From: Octopus vulgaris
Taxonomy: Eukaryota
Length of the DNA stretch: 64,000 bases
Direction of reading: 5' to 3'
Assembly (NCBI GenBank): GCA_951406725.2
Contig: OX597824.1
Coordinates: forward strand, 5,890,001-5,954,000
Shown piece by piece: positions 29,349 to 43,508 of the stretch. A program made the translations under genes and the position numbers. The stretch's first letter is position 1, and every line of letters begins with the position of its first letter. The notes beneath the pieces are model-generated. The model made no database searches. It saw only the letters and a program-made list of their open reading frames with translations, and was not told the DNA's origin.

Positions 29349-30562
29349 CAACTTGGCTAAATTATATTCTATTGAAAAATACGAGCATGGGCTGAACATT
29401 TCATAAGTTGACTAAGAAGGAGTAATGCTACAATTATGAAAACTTGGATGCATTTGTTTCACCTCTTTTATTAATAACTGTAATGGGTTTTTTTTTCAGG
29501 TTAACTTACACAAACCAATTCAACTTCAAATGTAATCAGTAGCGACTTTTCTAGAAAATAGGCCAAATTTCGCATTGTGATGCTCTCAAGTAGTTGCAAA
29601 AAAATGGTTTGGCCCCCCATCGACACTTATGCAGAAATGGTTGCTACATTAAGGGATTAAACTCTATAAGACAGTAGCCCTCTCCAGACTAATAAGGTAA
29701 TTCACATAGGAGAAGGCCAATCAAGCGTAAAATCAATAACTTACTGGTCACTACAGCCGTCTGAGACTGGTGAGCCATTTTTTTTCAGATCCCATGACAC
29801 GAAGAATCTGTTATCATGCATTTATACACAAACACGCACACATACATAAACACAAACGCACACACACACACACACTCTCCCTCACTCTTTCTCTCTCGCT
29901 CTGTTACACACATACACACACACGCATAAGTTAATAAAACTTATGTCCTGACATCTTTATTTCCACAAGACAGACAAAAGTTTGTTAAAATGTTTTAGAC
30001 TTTAAAGAAATATATATATATCTCATAAATTACTGTCAAAAACATCGAAATTTCATTCAGTCCGGGTGAAAGAAGATATCTCATACCTGGCTTTTTCTGA
30101 CCTCTGTAAATTTCCTATTAAACGAACATAAATCCTACAGCGATTCTGATAACAAAATGGCCTTTCCAGTTCAACTTATATCACTGAAGCAAATTGACAA
30201 TATACTTAAAGAATTAAAAAGAGGAGAAAAAACGATATCGGCTGGAAATATACGTGATTAGGGAAACGTTTAAGAAACATATGATATATTTCTACAGTCA
30301 TATTCATATACAGTCGTATACGTATAGTCGTATTACATACGATGACATTTTAAATATAGTTGAAATGGATACAGGGACACCCATTTAATGTCATACCTTC
30401 TACAAATAGATGAGCTGCCAATACCGTTCTTAGGAAGCAACACGATCCATTGCAATGTCCGTTTGTAACTTGGAAAGAAATCTGTGTAACACGAATCAAA
30501 TGGAAATTTGCTTCAGTGCAAGAAAATCAGTGTTCGGTATCATACGATATAATGCAGACTCG

Positions 30563-30906
30563 GATGTAGAGGCGCAATGGCCCAGTGGTTAGGGCAGCGG
30601 ACTCGCGGTCGTAGGGTCGCGGTTTCGATTCCCAGACCGGGCGTTGTGAGTGTTTATTGAGCGAAAACATCTAAAGCTTCACGAGGCTCCTTTCTCTCAC
30701 TCTTACTTCCTGTTTCTGTTGTACCTGTATTTCAAAGGGCCGGCCTTGTCACTCTCTGTGTCACGCTGAATATCCCCGAGAACTACGTTAAGGGTACACG
30801 TGTCTATGGAGTGCTCAGCCACTTACACGTTAATTTCATGAGCAGGCTGTTCCGTTGATCGGATCAACCGGAACCCTCATCGTCGTAACCGACGGAGTAC
30901 TTCCAC
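30563..30906 (+). mobile_element. tRNA-derived SINE family S3 (tail type 1) with 12-bp TSD
   Basis: A-box tggcccagtgg, B-box gtttcgattcc; TSD aatgcagactcg at 30551-30562 and 30907-30918. Confidence 0.92.
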
Positions 30907-31292
30907 AATGCAGACTCGAATGAATACAAAAGGAATTTTATTCTACTTGCTTCAGTGATTTAACAGCATATAACTTAGATAACATAGATTGATTTTGGCC
31001 ATTATCGGCCCAGGCCAGGACTAAGTCAATGGCATCACCTGTGAAAGTCTTTTAGTTATTTCGGGACAACATGGACCACTCACACAGAGATTTGTTGTTG
31101 GTTGAGACGTAACCGGGTGTAGGTGGTTTTTTCGGTATTTACTGGAGGAATTTGAAAGTTGTGGGATCTTTTTCTACTTAAATTTCTTACGCGATAACAT
31201 AGAAAAGAATAAGGAAATTGTGCCGCAACGTTCTAATGTGATGTGATCTCGACCTGTATATATATAGATATATATACATATATATATATATG

Positions 31293-31357
<65 letters not shown>

Positions 31358-31407
31358 GTGTGTGTGTGTGTGTACATATAGATATACATACATGCATATA
31401 TATATTC

Positions 31408-31620
31408 TTTTTTTCTTTTTTACTTGTTTCAGTCAGTTGACTGCGGCCATGCTGGAGCACCGCCTTCAGTCGAGCGAATCGAACTCGGGACTTATTCTTT
31501 GTAAGCCCAGTACTTATTCTATCGGTCTGTTTTGCCGAAACGCTAAGTGACGGGGACGTAAACACACCAGCATCGGTTGTCAAGCAATGCTAGGGGGACA
31601 AACACAGACACACAAACACA
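31408..31620 (-). mobile_element. SINE S2 3' half
   Basis: Reverse complement of the S2 tail at 43300-43500. Confidence 0.88.
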
Positions 31621-32005
31621 CACATATATATATATATATGAAGAAACAAGTCAAACAAGTGTATATACATATACACATACATATATGGGTACAATACGTC
31701 ACCAAACAATAAACAACATGAAATGCGAAGGCAAATGAACTCAATGCACAAACAACGAGAGAAGCAAATGGAAAACAGGTAACATGACGAACGACCCTTC
31801 ATCTGCTCCTTGAGTCTATGGAAGACAGTTGTTACCATAAGTACCAAAATGAAATTTGGGATTTATGGAGGGTCAAAGTTAGGAACAAAAACAGAACAGA
31901 GGAAACAAACAAGGAAACCGAACGAAGACAATCATAGAATGTCGTTAAGCCATTCAAGAACACACAAAAACCGTTAGTTTCACTTCAACATGTAAATTTT
32001 ATTTG

Positions 32006-32054
32006 TGTCAAAATATTTTGGTCGCTTTGAAAGCGCGACACCTCTTCAGTGACA
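32006..32054 (-). ncRNA. Degenerate hammerhead motif (family F), C3-G8 core
   Basis: UGUCA-CUGAAGA-GGU-GUCGC(..)GCGAC-CAAA(G12 lost)-AUAU-UU/UGACA; element ~31950-32070 is homologous to 56398-56510. Confidence 0.55.
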
Positions 32055-32337
32055 AAACGTCGTGCTGAAAATGTTTTAGTTTCTATCTCAAATCTTGGCT
32101 CCGCTTCGCCTATATGGACGCAGCTCCCCGGATACATCGCTTTTGAAACTCTGACTCGGCAGGAAACACAGATGCGGGCAGCGGCGTCGAACTCCCTTGT
32201 TAACCAAGTGCCACCTATCAGAGGTGGTTTCACATACTAGTATAGCACACTCAACGGTGGCGCCCCTGCATGGCTGCAGCCTTCGGGCTGACACATTTTT
32301 AAAGATTTAAGGATTTAAGGATACATATATATATATA

Positions 32338-32631
32338 CGTATCACCGTGATCACCGTGACCAACCAGACTATCAGATGTTGCTACACATCCCTGGTTACA
32401 ATGCGTTTCGCATTGTTTTAGCCTTCAAATGACGCCACCCCGCTGGCTAAGCGACCAGGCCAACAGAAGAAAGAGTGAGAGAAAGTTGTGGCGAAAGAGT
32501 ACAGCAGAGATCGCCACCACCCCCTGCCTGAGCCTCGTGGAGCTTTAGGTGTCTTCGCTCAATAAACACCCACAACGCCCGTTCTGGGAATCGAAACCGC
32601 GATCGTACGACCACGAGTCCGCTGCCCTAAC
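32338..32631 (-). mobile_element. SINE S3 (tail type 2), 5' end lost in a microsatellite
   Basis: S3 head ttagggcagcggactcgtggtcg...; unrelated tail ending in tandem cacggtgat. Confidence 0.85.
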
Positions 32632-33669
32632 ATATATATATATATATATATATACATACATACATACATACATACATACATACATACATACATACATACA
32701 TACATAAATACACGCAAATTTTGAGCGATTAGAATAAGTGAGCAACACAGCATTGATGGATGAAATTTCTTTATTAGTGTATTAAGGCTACCATTGGTTT
32801 CATGTTCAGAAAATTATCTTAATATCTTAACAATTTTTCTACCCGGTCACGTAAGGAAATGTTGTTCATACATACATACATACATACATACATACATACA
32901 TACATACATACAATCATACAGAGGAACCATCTGTCACGAACCATCTACAGTTAATAAGAGATTTTGGTATCTACAGGAAATGCGTCTGCAGAAGTTGTAC
33001 CATAAATTATTGGATATATGCCCAAACAAATAAATCTGAACTTCAGTGTTAATGTAATCATAGTCTAGGAAGAAGAGGAAAAGTTTCAAGCAGCCGCCAT
33101 AATTCAAAAGTGATGATATTAAATATGTCAGAGTTTATATCAATTTATGTTTATCCTAAATATTTCATGTTAGCTGTCATTTTAAATGAATCCCATATTT
33201 TAACTCCTTTTGACTGTTGCGCTTTGTTTGGTTTATTCTCAAATATTATTTAGTTGATCTTGTTTCCTTGCGTCAAAGTTAAATGGAAACCATTAAAAAC
33301 AGTCTCTTAAAGTTTTATTTTAGATCTCCCTCGCTATATTCCGTTAAGCAACTCAGAGGAAGTGAGTAAATAAAATATTTTTGCGCCGCTTAACTTCGGT
33401 AATGTAGCAACAAAAATCGTTTTATTTGCAAGGTATTTATTAGTTTATTCGTGTGCTTGTTTCAGTCATTAGACTGCGGCCATACTGGGGTACCATAATT
33501 GTTTCATAAGTAATACACAATCAATGCCATTGGTTATGTAATTACAAATTTATAAAATATGAATATGTTATTTAGGTTAAAGAGATAGAAAGAACTGATC
33601 TCTTTTCCCCCTCTCCTCTCTTTCTTTCCTCTATCCATCTGTCTATCTGTCTGTCTGTCTCTGTCTCTC

Positions 33670-33732
<63 letters not shown>

Positions 33733-34147
33733 TAATCGAGCGATCGATTACACTTCCATATGAACTGAAAAATGCTAGTGAGGAGACAAACTATAGATCT
33801 ATAGGATTTTACTCGACTGAAAATAGCTTTGTGCTTTAACTTTTTCGTTATTATCAGATGCTGGTTACGTAGGTCATATACAATTCTAGCTGTTATACCA
33901 CTTTATAGCAATCCTTACATGCACACAGACACACACCCACATACACACAAACACACACGCAAACACAGTACGTGTGTGGTGAGTTAGGTGTAACCCCTCC
34001 TACTTTATGTGTCAGAGCTCCATATTGACTCTCATTATCCAGTTAGCGTCCAGTAGAGTGATTAGTCGATCACGGTATTTAGCAGTGCTGCTTGCGATGA
34101 TACAGAGGACGTATATGGCGGAAAATTGAGATAAAACTAGTTTAAAA

Positions 34148-34187
34148 ACAGTCCGACGAACGGGAACGTGAAACTCTCAGTAACAGC
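34148..34187 (+). ncRNA. Family B hammerhead motif, U4C core
   Basis: CAGU-CCGACGA-ACG(GGAA)CGU-GAAA-CUCUCAG-UA/ACAG. Confidence 0.6.
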
Positions 34188-34218
34188 CTTTGTTATATTT
34201 CTGCTGCTTTTAGATAAA

Positions 34219-34276
<58 letters not shown>

Positions 34277-34284
<8 letters not shown>

Positions 34285-34667
34285 AAAGGGCTTAGTAAAA
34301 TAAATTACTTTGCCGCATACTGAACTCATTAGAAATAGCAGCTAAAAAAAACTTTTTAAAAACTATTTCCAATACTTAAAGAAAACCTCTCTCATATAGT
34401 GTTTGCTCAATTCAACTCACAAAAGTACTTTTGTGAGTTGAATTGAGCAAACACTATATGAGAGAGGTTTTCTTTAAGTATTGGAAATAGTTTTTAAAAA
34501 AGTTTTTTTTAGCTGCTATTTCTAATGAGTTCAGTATGCGGCAAAGTAATTTATTTTACTAAGCCCTTTTATATAATGTAATAATTTGAATTCGCCTTAA
34601 ATGGTCCCTTTGTATACTGAATACTTGGTGAAATTGATTAATTAATTAATTTTACCCTCAATTGTTG

Positions 34668-34670
<3 letters not shown>
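34277..34670. mobile_element. Fold-back repeat (family A) containing a ~300 bp spacerless palindrome (34277-34577), flanked by (TA)n
   Basis: Centre aaaagt|actttt at 34426/34427; arms complementary except for a 1-nt homopolymer indel. Confidence 0.92.
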
Positions 34671-34741
<71 letters not shown>

Positions 34742-35799
34742 TTATAGTTATATTTATATTTATATTTATATCTATGTATGTATGTATGCTTAGCTGATTT
34801 ACACCTTGAATTTAACGACCATCATAACAATTGATAATGAACCAGCTGTCTATTGTCTGCCATATTTGTATCTTCTATGTGTTTAGTTGTCATATTTTAA
34901 AATTTCGATAATGAAATATTGTTCTTGTAGTAATTTGATTAAGAATGCGCTGTTATTATTCAGCGGTCCTGTCAAGGAAATCAATTCATATTAATCGGTC
35001 CAAAATGCCATAGATCTTCTGAAGGTTCTGTACAATAGATCATATCTTGCGTTGGCTTTCATTCGAAATCCTGTTTGTATCGCCATGAAATTAATGGCTT
35101 TATTTCTTATATATTACATTGAAAACAGCCGGGTAGAGAGAGTAGTCCAGTAATTAATTACTGAAGGAAATTTCACATTAATTCATCTCCGTATTCCGTG
35201 ATGAGTAAACGAATGATAATATCAAATTTGATTCGGGAAAGTCAGAGTACTAACGCGGTTAGATGGAAACCGCTGAGGAGTTTGATAAAATACACGATTG
35301 GTATAATAACTGAAAACTGTTTAATCATCAAATCAAATATACTTTAAAATAAAGAGACTAAATGAATCTGAAAGCGCTGGTCTATGTTTCAACATTCAGT
35401 GTAAATCTAATCCAGACGAAATGGCACCAAATTGTCGACGGCTTAAACGGCCTTATATTGACTGGATAATGAATATCCTATACATTCATAACAGCTGATA
35501 TATGGAATTAAACTTGGGACATACAAAATCCATCAAAATCATTTATGATAGAGACGCATGCACAAGAGTGGTGGTTTCTATTGCCAAGTTATTTCGCCTA
35601 TCCATTAAATTGCTCATTAATTAAGAACAGTTACATTACACACATATACTCACACAAGTTTATGCACACACACATAATATATACATAAACATACACACAC
35701 GTTGACAAAAAGCTAAGAAGGTACTTAGAAAAGTCTAGCATGCAAATCAGAAATGCAGATATTTACAATTTCAGCTAAGCAGCTATTATATGGAAGTCG

Positions 35800-36060
35800 C
35801 TGTAAATCGACTGTTTCACGCTGTAATAAAATGGACTTTGTACGCGGTGGTATATTGTAACGGAGGCCTCAAAAGACATTTTAAGATCCACAATGATCAG
35901 AGTTCATCTGCAACTCGTGGTGGTCCATATCGGATATGCAGTCTATGTGCGTGTCTTTTCAAAACATTCTTTGGCTTAAAAAGCCACATCAGATGCCGTG
36001 ATGGTTCTAAGACGTAGATCGAGGAGGTGGTCAAGCTCTGCATAAGGAGTAGACAACCAC
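35800..36060 (+). pseudogene. Probable RTE-type LINE 3' end with C-terminal C2H2 zinc-finger remnants
   Basis: GGLKRHFKIH and CSLCACLFKTFFGLKSHIR, followed by a stop and a short tail. Confidence 0.55.
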
Positions 36061-36924
36061 TACAAGGTGGTTTCAAGAAGTTCCAGGACTAGTTATGTGT
36101 TAATTAGAAATGACTTATTTAACATGTTTACTTAAGTTTTAAAATCATCTCTTTTGAAAGAGTCACATTGCGCAGCCATACACCAGTCCCAGTCAGTTTT
36201 CGAATCCGGCCTGGAAGACGTTTTGCGATTTACTGTTGATATCGACAACGGTGTTAAAACGTTGACCTTTGAGCTGCATTTTAGCCTTGGGGAAGAAATG
36301 GATGTCCTCAGGTGCAGAAGCGATATGTTTTTGGTGAGAAACTCACGAATGAGAAGAACTCAGGGACAGGCTGCATTGTCGACGTGAAGAATCCAATTCT
36401 TCACGCTCCACAGATCCAGTCGCTTTCGCCGAATGTCCTCCCCAGACGATTCAAAACGTTGCAATTGAACTCTCGAGTGACGGTCTATCGTGGAGCGGGG
36501 AAGAATTCTCGATACGCCATTCCACATTTCCGGAGTTTACTCGTAGATGTTATTTCAAGTCGTTCATCGTCTCCCAGGAACGTTTTCCCGCTTTTGAAAC
36601 GGGTGTGTCACTCGAAACATTGTGTCCGACCCACTGCCGCGCCGCCGTAAGCTTGTCGACGCTCAAAGTCTCAGTAGTTTAATGCAAATTTAACGCAAAT
36701 TTTGACGTTGGTTCTTTGATCCTGTCCATGACATAATCGCAAACTACAGCACACACATAATCACAAACACGCAAATTTGACAACTTCCAAAGTAAACACA
36801 GGGATATCACTCGGCACACTGTCGCATGAAGGTCACTCCTAGCTCTCACTGCGCACGCGACCATGTACTGCCATCTGTTGGTGCACTACAGAACTAATAC
36901 GGAACTTATTTGATTCCATTTCGT
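36061..36924 (-). mobile_element. Internally deleted mariner-type element with degenerate TIRs and TA flanks
   Basis: Left end tacaaggtggtttcaagaagttccaggactagtt versus right end (reverse complement) tacgaaatggaatcaaataagttccgtattagtt. Internal RTNVKICVK..RQAYG..RTQCFE*HTRFKSG..DDER is a transposase N-terminus. Confidence 0.85.
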
Positions 36925-38051
36925 ATGTATTTTTCTTCTGTATTTAATCATCTAAGTTCTTCTTCTGAAGAAGGAGCTGGTCTTTACCAAAGATACAAAG
37001 CCCCATCTTCGGAACGTAGATAACGAAAACAACATCACATTCTAAACCTGAGAAAAGTGTTGCATAATTTTATTGTTCCGCTTACAGACTTTATTTGTTT
37101 CAAGTGCGAATCAGTTGGTTGATTCCCTTTTTCTGAAAATCCAAGCTTATCCAGACTGACAGTCAGGCATTTACTTACAAAATCAAACGCTCCAATTATT
37201 ATTTGTATGAAATGTAAATTTGTAATTCGGTTTGTATGCATGTATGCATCTATGTATATGTATGTATGTATAGATAGGTATGTATTAATATGTAATTTCT
37301 TTTTCTCATGGTGTACGAAATGAATTTGGAATGTTAATGTTTAAATATACCTACCTATCAATCTCTTCCTTTTGTTTATTTAAGTATCCTTCTATGCGCC
37401 AACATTTATATATACAAAATCAATATTTGTGCAAAAAAATATTTATATTAGTGTATTCCTATGAATACGCTTATTGATCTAAAAGTTGTTTTTCGCGTTT
37501 TACATGAGCCTTTAGCTTTGTCGCTGAGACCAGCACAGAACATGCAATAAATTTATATAGGTAGACACTATAAAGATATCTTCGCCGACCTGCCACAATA
37601 ATGGTGTCTTCTCTCTGTTTGCATATAATGTTATGTATGTCTGTAATGTTCTTCAGAAAATGTATTTATTCTATTGCTGTTTTGTGGTGGCAAACATGGC
37701 TCCATTAGTAAAACCATGCAATAATTTCAATAATATAATGGATTTTTGTATTCCTCACTCATCATGAAATCAATATATTAATATGCAGCTCGATTTGGGA
37801 CTGTACACAAAGTAGAAACAAAGCTGTGGATACACTTGTGCACACGAAATGCATGCCTGTTCCACCACCATACGCACAGATGAGTATTATATGGGCGTAT
37901 TTATGCGTATATTGTGATCTTATATGTACGTATGTATATATATATATATATGTGTGTGTGTGTATGAGAGAGAGAGAGAGAGAGGAGAGAGTGTGTGCGT
38001 ATATATGCATATATATATACATATACATACTTTTATATATAAACACACACG

Positions 38052-38083
<32 letters not shown>

Positions 38084-38085
38084 AC

Positions 38086-38185
38086 TATGTGGTGTCAAAA
38101 AGTTCTCGGATTAGCTTTGCAGCGCGCCAACATATGGCAGCACACTGTGGAATGTAGCAGTGATCTAAATGAGGCAGAGTACCAT
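38086..38185 (+). mobile_element. Mariner 5' terminal fragment (a second lies at ~38345-38410), related to the 36061 element
   Basis: tcaaaaagttctcggattag...ccaacatatggcagcac resembles the reverse complement of 36860-36920. Confidence 0.6.
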
Positions 38186-38258
38186 ATGCATGTGTGTGTG
38201 AGAGAGAGAGAGAGAGGGGGAGTGCAGGTGTGTGCGTCTGTTTGTGTGTATATATGTG

Positions 38259-38329
<71 letters not shown>

Positions 38330-38477
38330 ATATAAATATATAAACCGAGTTGGTATGTAAAGGTTCCCGGATTAGTTCTGGAGCGCTCTAACAGATAACG
38401 GCGCCCCATGAAAGCCAGTCGTGACCTTCCTGATGCAGTATACCGAATGACTCCGCTGTTTACTTTGCAAGTTGTGA

Positions 38478-38835
38478 AAGGACAGACAAACAGATTAAGT
38501 CGATTACATTGACCCCAGTGCGTAACTGGTACTTAATTTATCGACCCCGAAACGATGAAAGGCAAAGTCGACCTCGGCGGAATTTGAACTCAGAACATAA
38601 AGACAGACAAAATACCTATTTCTTAACTACCCACAAGGGGCTAAACACGGAGAGGACAAACAAAGACAGACAAATGGATTAAGCCGATTATATCAACCCC
38701 AGTGCGTGACTGGTACTTATTTAATCGACCCCGAAAGGATGAAAAGCAAAGTCGACTTCGGCAGAATTTGAACTCAGAACGAAATACCGCTAGGCATTTC
38801 ACCCGGCGCGCGAAGGATTCTGCCAGCCCGCCGCC
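38478..38835 (-). mobile_element. SINE S1, dimeric copy
   Basis: Same modules and junction as 10882-11291. Confidence 0.9.
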
Positions 38836-39008
38836 TAATTTATACACTTAAAATGAAAACAAACAATAGATCTATATTTTTGGTGGCATTATAAAGAAGA
38901 CATAGTAATTCTACAAAGCCAATTACTAAACAGACACAAACACACACACACACTAACACACGTGCATACACAATCGCGGTCACACACACGCACACACACA
39001 CAGACAGG

Positions 39009-39051
<43 letters not shown>

Positions 39052-39232
39052 GGATATACATATCTCTTTCTTTCTGTCACTAAGCCACGTACCTTTACTA
39101 CATATGTGTGTATATACACATATATGTATGTAATTATGTATACATGCATATATGTGCACATATATATATATGTGTGTGTGTGTATGTGTATATATTTATA
39201 TATGTATATATATATATGTATATATATATAAG

Positions 39233-39276
<44 letters not shown>

Positions 39277-39360
39277 AACATACATATATATATACATACA
39301 TACATATATACATACATACATATACATATATACATATATATATATATATATGTATGTATG

Positions 39361-39521
<161 letters not shown>

Positions 39522-40133
39522 GAACGTTCATCTACATCCATGAATACGAAATGTCGATGTAAGATTTTCATCTGTTTGAAATCTTGAAATATTGAAACAC
39601 TGGACCATATTTTTTTCTCTCCGATTATTATCAGTGACACTTCTTCTAGTGAAATCGATAATTTTTCCCTTTGAGACTGGAGAAGAAAACGGAAAAATTC
39701 CGTTAATTATGGTGTTCTCAGTCACTATCCCTCCTAACGATTCCGTGTCATGAATTTTAAAAATATAAGAATAATAATTACGTAAATTTCTTCTCGTTCA
39801 GACATCTGCTTGTCTGAAATCTGAGAAAATTTTATGTATAATTAAAGGTCTTATGTATAATAGGGAAACATCGACGTGGAACGTTGATTAAACTGTAGAG
39901 ATACATGTTCAACAACCGCACCCCACACGCACACACATACACACAGTATAGACATATGATACATACATTCATGCATACATACATAAATGTACACATACAC
40001 ACATGCTCGCACATACATAGATACATACACACACACACACACACACACGCACACACACACATATATATATACGTATGTGAATATATATGTATATATATAT
40101 ATGTATATATGTTTATATATATATACATGCATT

Positions 40134-40169
<36 letters not shown>

Positions 40170-41603
40170 AATGCATGTATATATATATATAAACATATAT
40201 ACATAAATATATATGTATATATATAAACATACATACATATATATGTGTGTTTGCGTGGGTATACTCGCAAATTGTCATCACTAGAATCGGAAAGAGAATA
40301 CAGAATATCATTCCTGTAATGATATGGTTTAGACAGAATTTTTTACTAACCACGCTCTTCTGACTATTGGAATTTTAAATGTCTTGTGAATTTCATTTGG
40401 AGGCGTATCGTTGCCTAAGCTTTGAATTATTATAATGGGGCATCATTTTAAAAGCTTAAGGTCAGATTTCTTCATCACAAATGTCTATTAGAAAATGGTT
40501 TAAAGACATTTAGTCTAGCTACCACCACTCAAGGAGAAAAGTAGTACAAGCATGGTTGGGTAGACGAAATGTTTGCCTAGCTTGTGAGTGGCTACGATTT
40601 CGATTTTACTCCGTGACAAACGAGTATAGGTCTTATTTTGTAGCTCCGGATCAATCAAAACAATGAGTGATGTTTGAATGAGTGACTATTCTGTAAACAA
40701 AATAAGTGTCCGTGGCATTCCATTAAATAATAAGTTTTTAAAAAACGCACAAACAAACGGAAAACAGACACAGAATGTTACCGTATCCTCGTGTCTGTTT
40801 TCTTGTTGTTGGTGTATTTGTTGTTTTTAACTTATTATTTAATGGAACGCCTTATTTTGTTTACAGTGATTTTATATTTTCGTCCGACGTCTATTCCATT
40901 CTCTTTCATTTTCTCCCTTTCACCCTCTCTCTGATTCTCTTCCTCTCCCCACACTCTCTCTCTAAGCTTCCCTTTCTACATTTCTTCTGTGCTGCAGCCT
41001 ATTCCTGTATTTTGCCTTTCCCTTTTGCTCTCTAGGTATATCTCTCTGCCTCCTACCACTTTACTTTTCTCCCTCCCACTTTTGACACGTGACCCATCGT
41101 CGTTGTCATTTTTTATTCTCCTTTCTTTTACACGCCGACCGCGGAAGCGACTGTTCGTGTTTACTCTCGTCTCCCACTTTCAACACGTTTCGATGTCTCT
41201 CTCTGTTGTCCTATTTCTAATTATTTCGGATATTAATGCTGGCGTTAACCATATTATGGTTTCCTGGCCGCCCTAAGGCCTTATCCTGTTTCTTTATTTC
41301 AGTGCGTTCCTATGCCCACACGTCCTCTTGTTTGTATTCATCTTTGTCCCGCATACGTCCACTACTGTTCTCAGCTTCAATCACATTTATTTCATATTTG
41401 TATGTTCAACTTTTGCGTTGCATATTTGTTTATTTCTTATTTTTTTATTCACATCCTGCCATGTCTGGTGTCGGCGGAAGAGGAACAAAATTATCGCTGA
41501 AGGCACGAAATAGTGTTTGACCTACTGACCGATAACTATAACGATGTGGTGACTACTGTGCATGTTTTCCATTTGTTCGTGTATTTATTATATATTTTAT
41601 ATA

Positions 41604-41780
41604 CAGGGTGATTCAAAACTCTCCACGTACAAAAAACAACAGGTATCACTAGATGTTCACAATGAGTTGAGTAGACGTATTGCAATGTGTATTCAAAACA
41701 ATGGTAACCATATAGAGCACGTTAAATAAAAACTGTTCTTATAAATTGTTCCTAAGTATGGCGACCTTTGAATCACCCTA
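41604..41780 (+). mobile_element. MITE-sized Tc1/mariner deletion derivative (~180 bp)
   Basis: TIRs cagggtgattcaaa / tttgaatcaccct, TA flanks, internal transposase C-terminus RRIAMCIQNNGNHIEHVK*. Confidence 0.85.
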
Positions 41781-41949
41781 TATATGCACACACACGTGTG
41801 TGTATTCATACACAAAGATAATGGAAAATACTTTCAGAGAATAATCAATATACTTATTATAACAGTAAAATCGTGTTACCTACACGTGTTTCGCTATGTT
41901 GCTTCGATTCGCATTAATACAATTCAATTGAATAATGAATTTGAGACAG

Positions 41950-41984
<35 letters not shown>

Positions 41985-43049
41985 GTTTGTATGTATATGT
42001 ATATATGTAATTGTCTCACAAGAATATTATTGGTAGTGACTTTGAACTTAAGAGAGACTTTATCAAACCGAGATGAACTTCCTGTTCCACAGATCGATGA
42101 CCGAATCTTCAAATTTTTTAGGCCAAGCTAAGCTTCACTGAATGGTAATTAGTTTGTATGTCGTGTTTTGATGAAGTGGAGAGATTTTATTGATTCAATT
42201 TGGAGTTGTGTCATTGGTTAGAATTTATTTGTTCTTGTAGAGCTTTACAATAAGATGGGTTACAATAAGGTGTATATAACAGCTCAGTAATTGCAGGTTA
42301 GAGATCGTATCCTCAAGAGAATTATATTTTCTCTCGATGAAATACAATGATTCGACAATGAGAAAAAGTAAACCCAATGTAATCACATCCATCTATTGTC
42401 AGAACGTTGCTTGCTCGTGCATCTTGATTGCATTACTTTGAAGGATAACCGACCTATTGCAAGAGCACTTTTATTCATTTAATTACAAGTCCAAGACACA
42501 TGGGTATAGATTACTTTACAAGGTGTAGAAGAATATTTCTCTTGGTTGCGTTGGAACCAAGAAATTTAAGTTAATTTATTTAGTAATTTAATTTATTTTT
42601 CATTCAGTAATTTAATTTATTTTTCATTTTAACATGCAACTTTTACTTTTAATTACAAAATTATGACCTGTATTTTTCATTAATTTAAATTTGTAACTTC
42701 TATTAACTTTATCTTTACTATTTTAGTCATTGATTTGAGATGATTTGAATTGGATCATTTGGACATATAATCTGACCACTTCAAAACTGTGACATTCATT
42801 GATTTTATTTTATCATTTTAGATGTAAAATGTTATTAATTGGGTCGTAAAAACTTTAATAAGTAAATTTTAAAAAATGTTAACGTTTTCATTTCGGCATG
42901 TAATTTTCTTTCATATTAATTATACCATAAAATCTTATAACTTTAATTACTTTTAATTTTAACATTTTAAAAAGTATCTTTCCTTAATTTTCATTGTACC
43001 ATTTTATAGTTTAATTTGCATTACCTGTGTGGTAATAGGTCCATATATA

Positions 43050-43225
43050 GGTGCAGGAGTGGCTGTGTGGTAAGTAGCTTGCTAACCAACCACATGGTTC
43101 CGGGTTCAGTCCCACTGCGTGGTATCTTGGGCAAGTGTCTTCTGCTATAGCCCCGGGCCGACCAATGCCTTCTGAGTGGATTTGGTAGACGGAAACTGAA
43201 AGAAGCCTGTCGTATATATCTATAT

Positions 43226-43303
<78 letters not shown>

Positions 43304-43508
43304 GTCTGTGTTTGTCCCCCTAGCATTGCTTGACAACCGATGCTGGTGTGTTTACGTCCCCGTAACTTAGCGTTTCGGCAAAAGAGACCGATAGAGTAAG
43401 TACTGGGTTTACAAAGAATAAGTCCCGGGGTCGATTTGCTTGACTAAAGGTGGTGCTCCAGCATGGCCGCAGTCAAATGACTGAAACAAGTAAACGAGTA
43501 AAAGAGTA
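43050..43508 (+). mobile_element. SINE S2, full copy with internal (TA)n
   Basis: A-box tggctgtgtgg, B-box ggttcagtccc, CORE-like gtggtatcttgggcaagtgtctt, S2 tail. Confidence 0.92.

Noticed and set aside
29500-29696. Exon-like segment bounded by tttttcag and aag|gtaatt
   Set aside because: Stops in all three frames; no support as a coding exon, and a non-coding exon cannot be judged from sequence alone
30563-30640. tRNA gene
   Set aside because: tRNA-like SINE head continuous with the SINE body and flanked by TSDs
34315-34346. Family A motif ctgaactcattagaaatagcagcta as a hammerhead
   Set aside because: Lacks G8/A9, stem II and the NUH site
35790-36017. Host C2H2 zinc-finger gene
   Set aside because: Degenerate fingers without TGEKP linkers; better explained as a LINE ORF C-terminus
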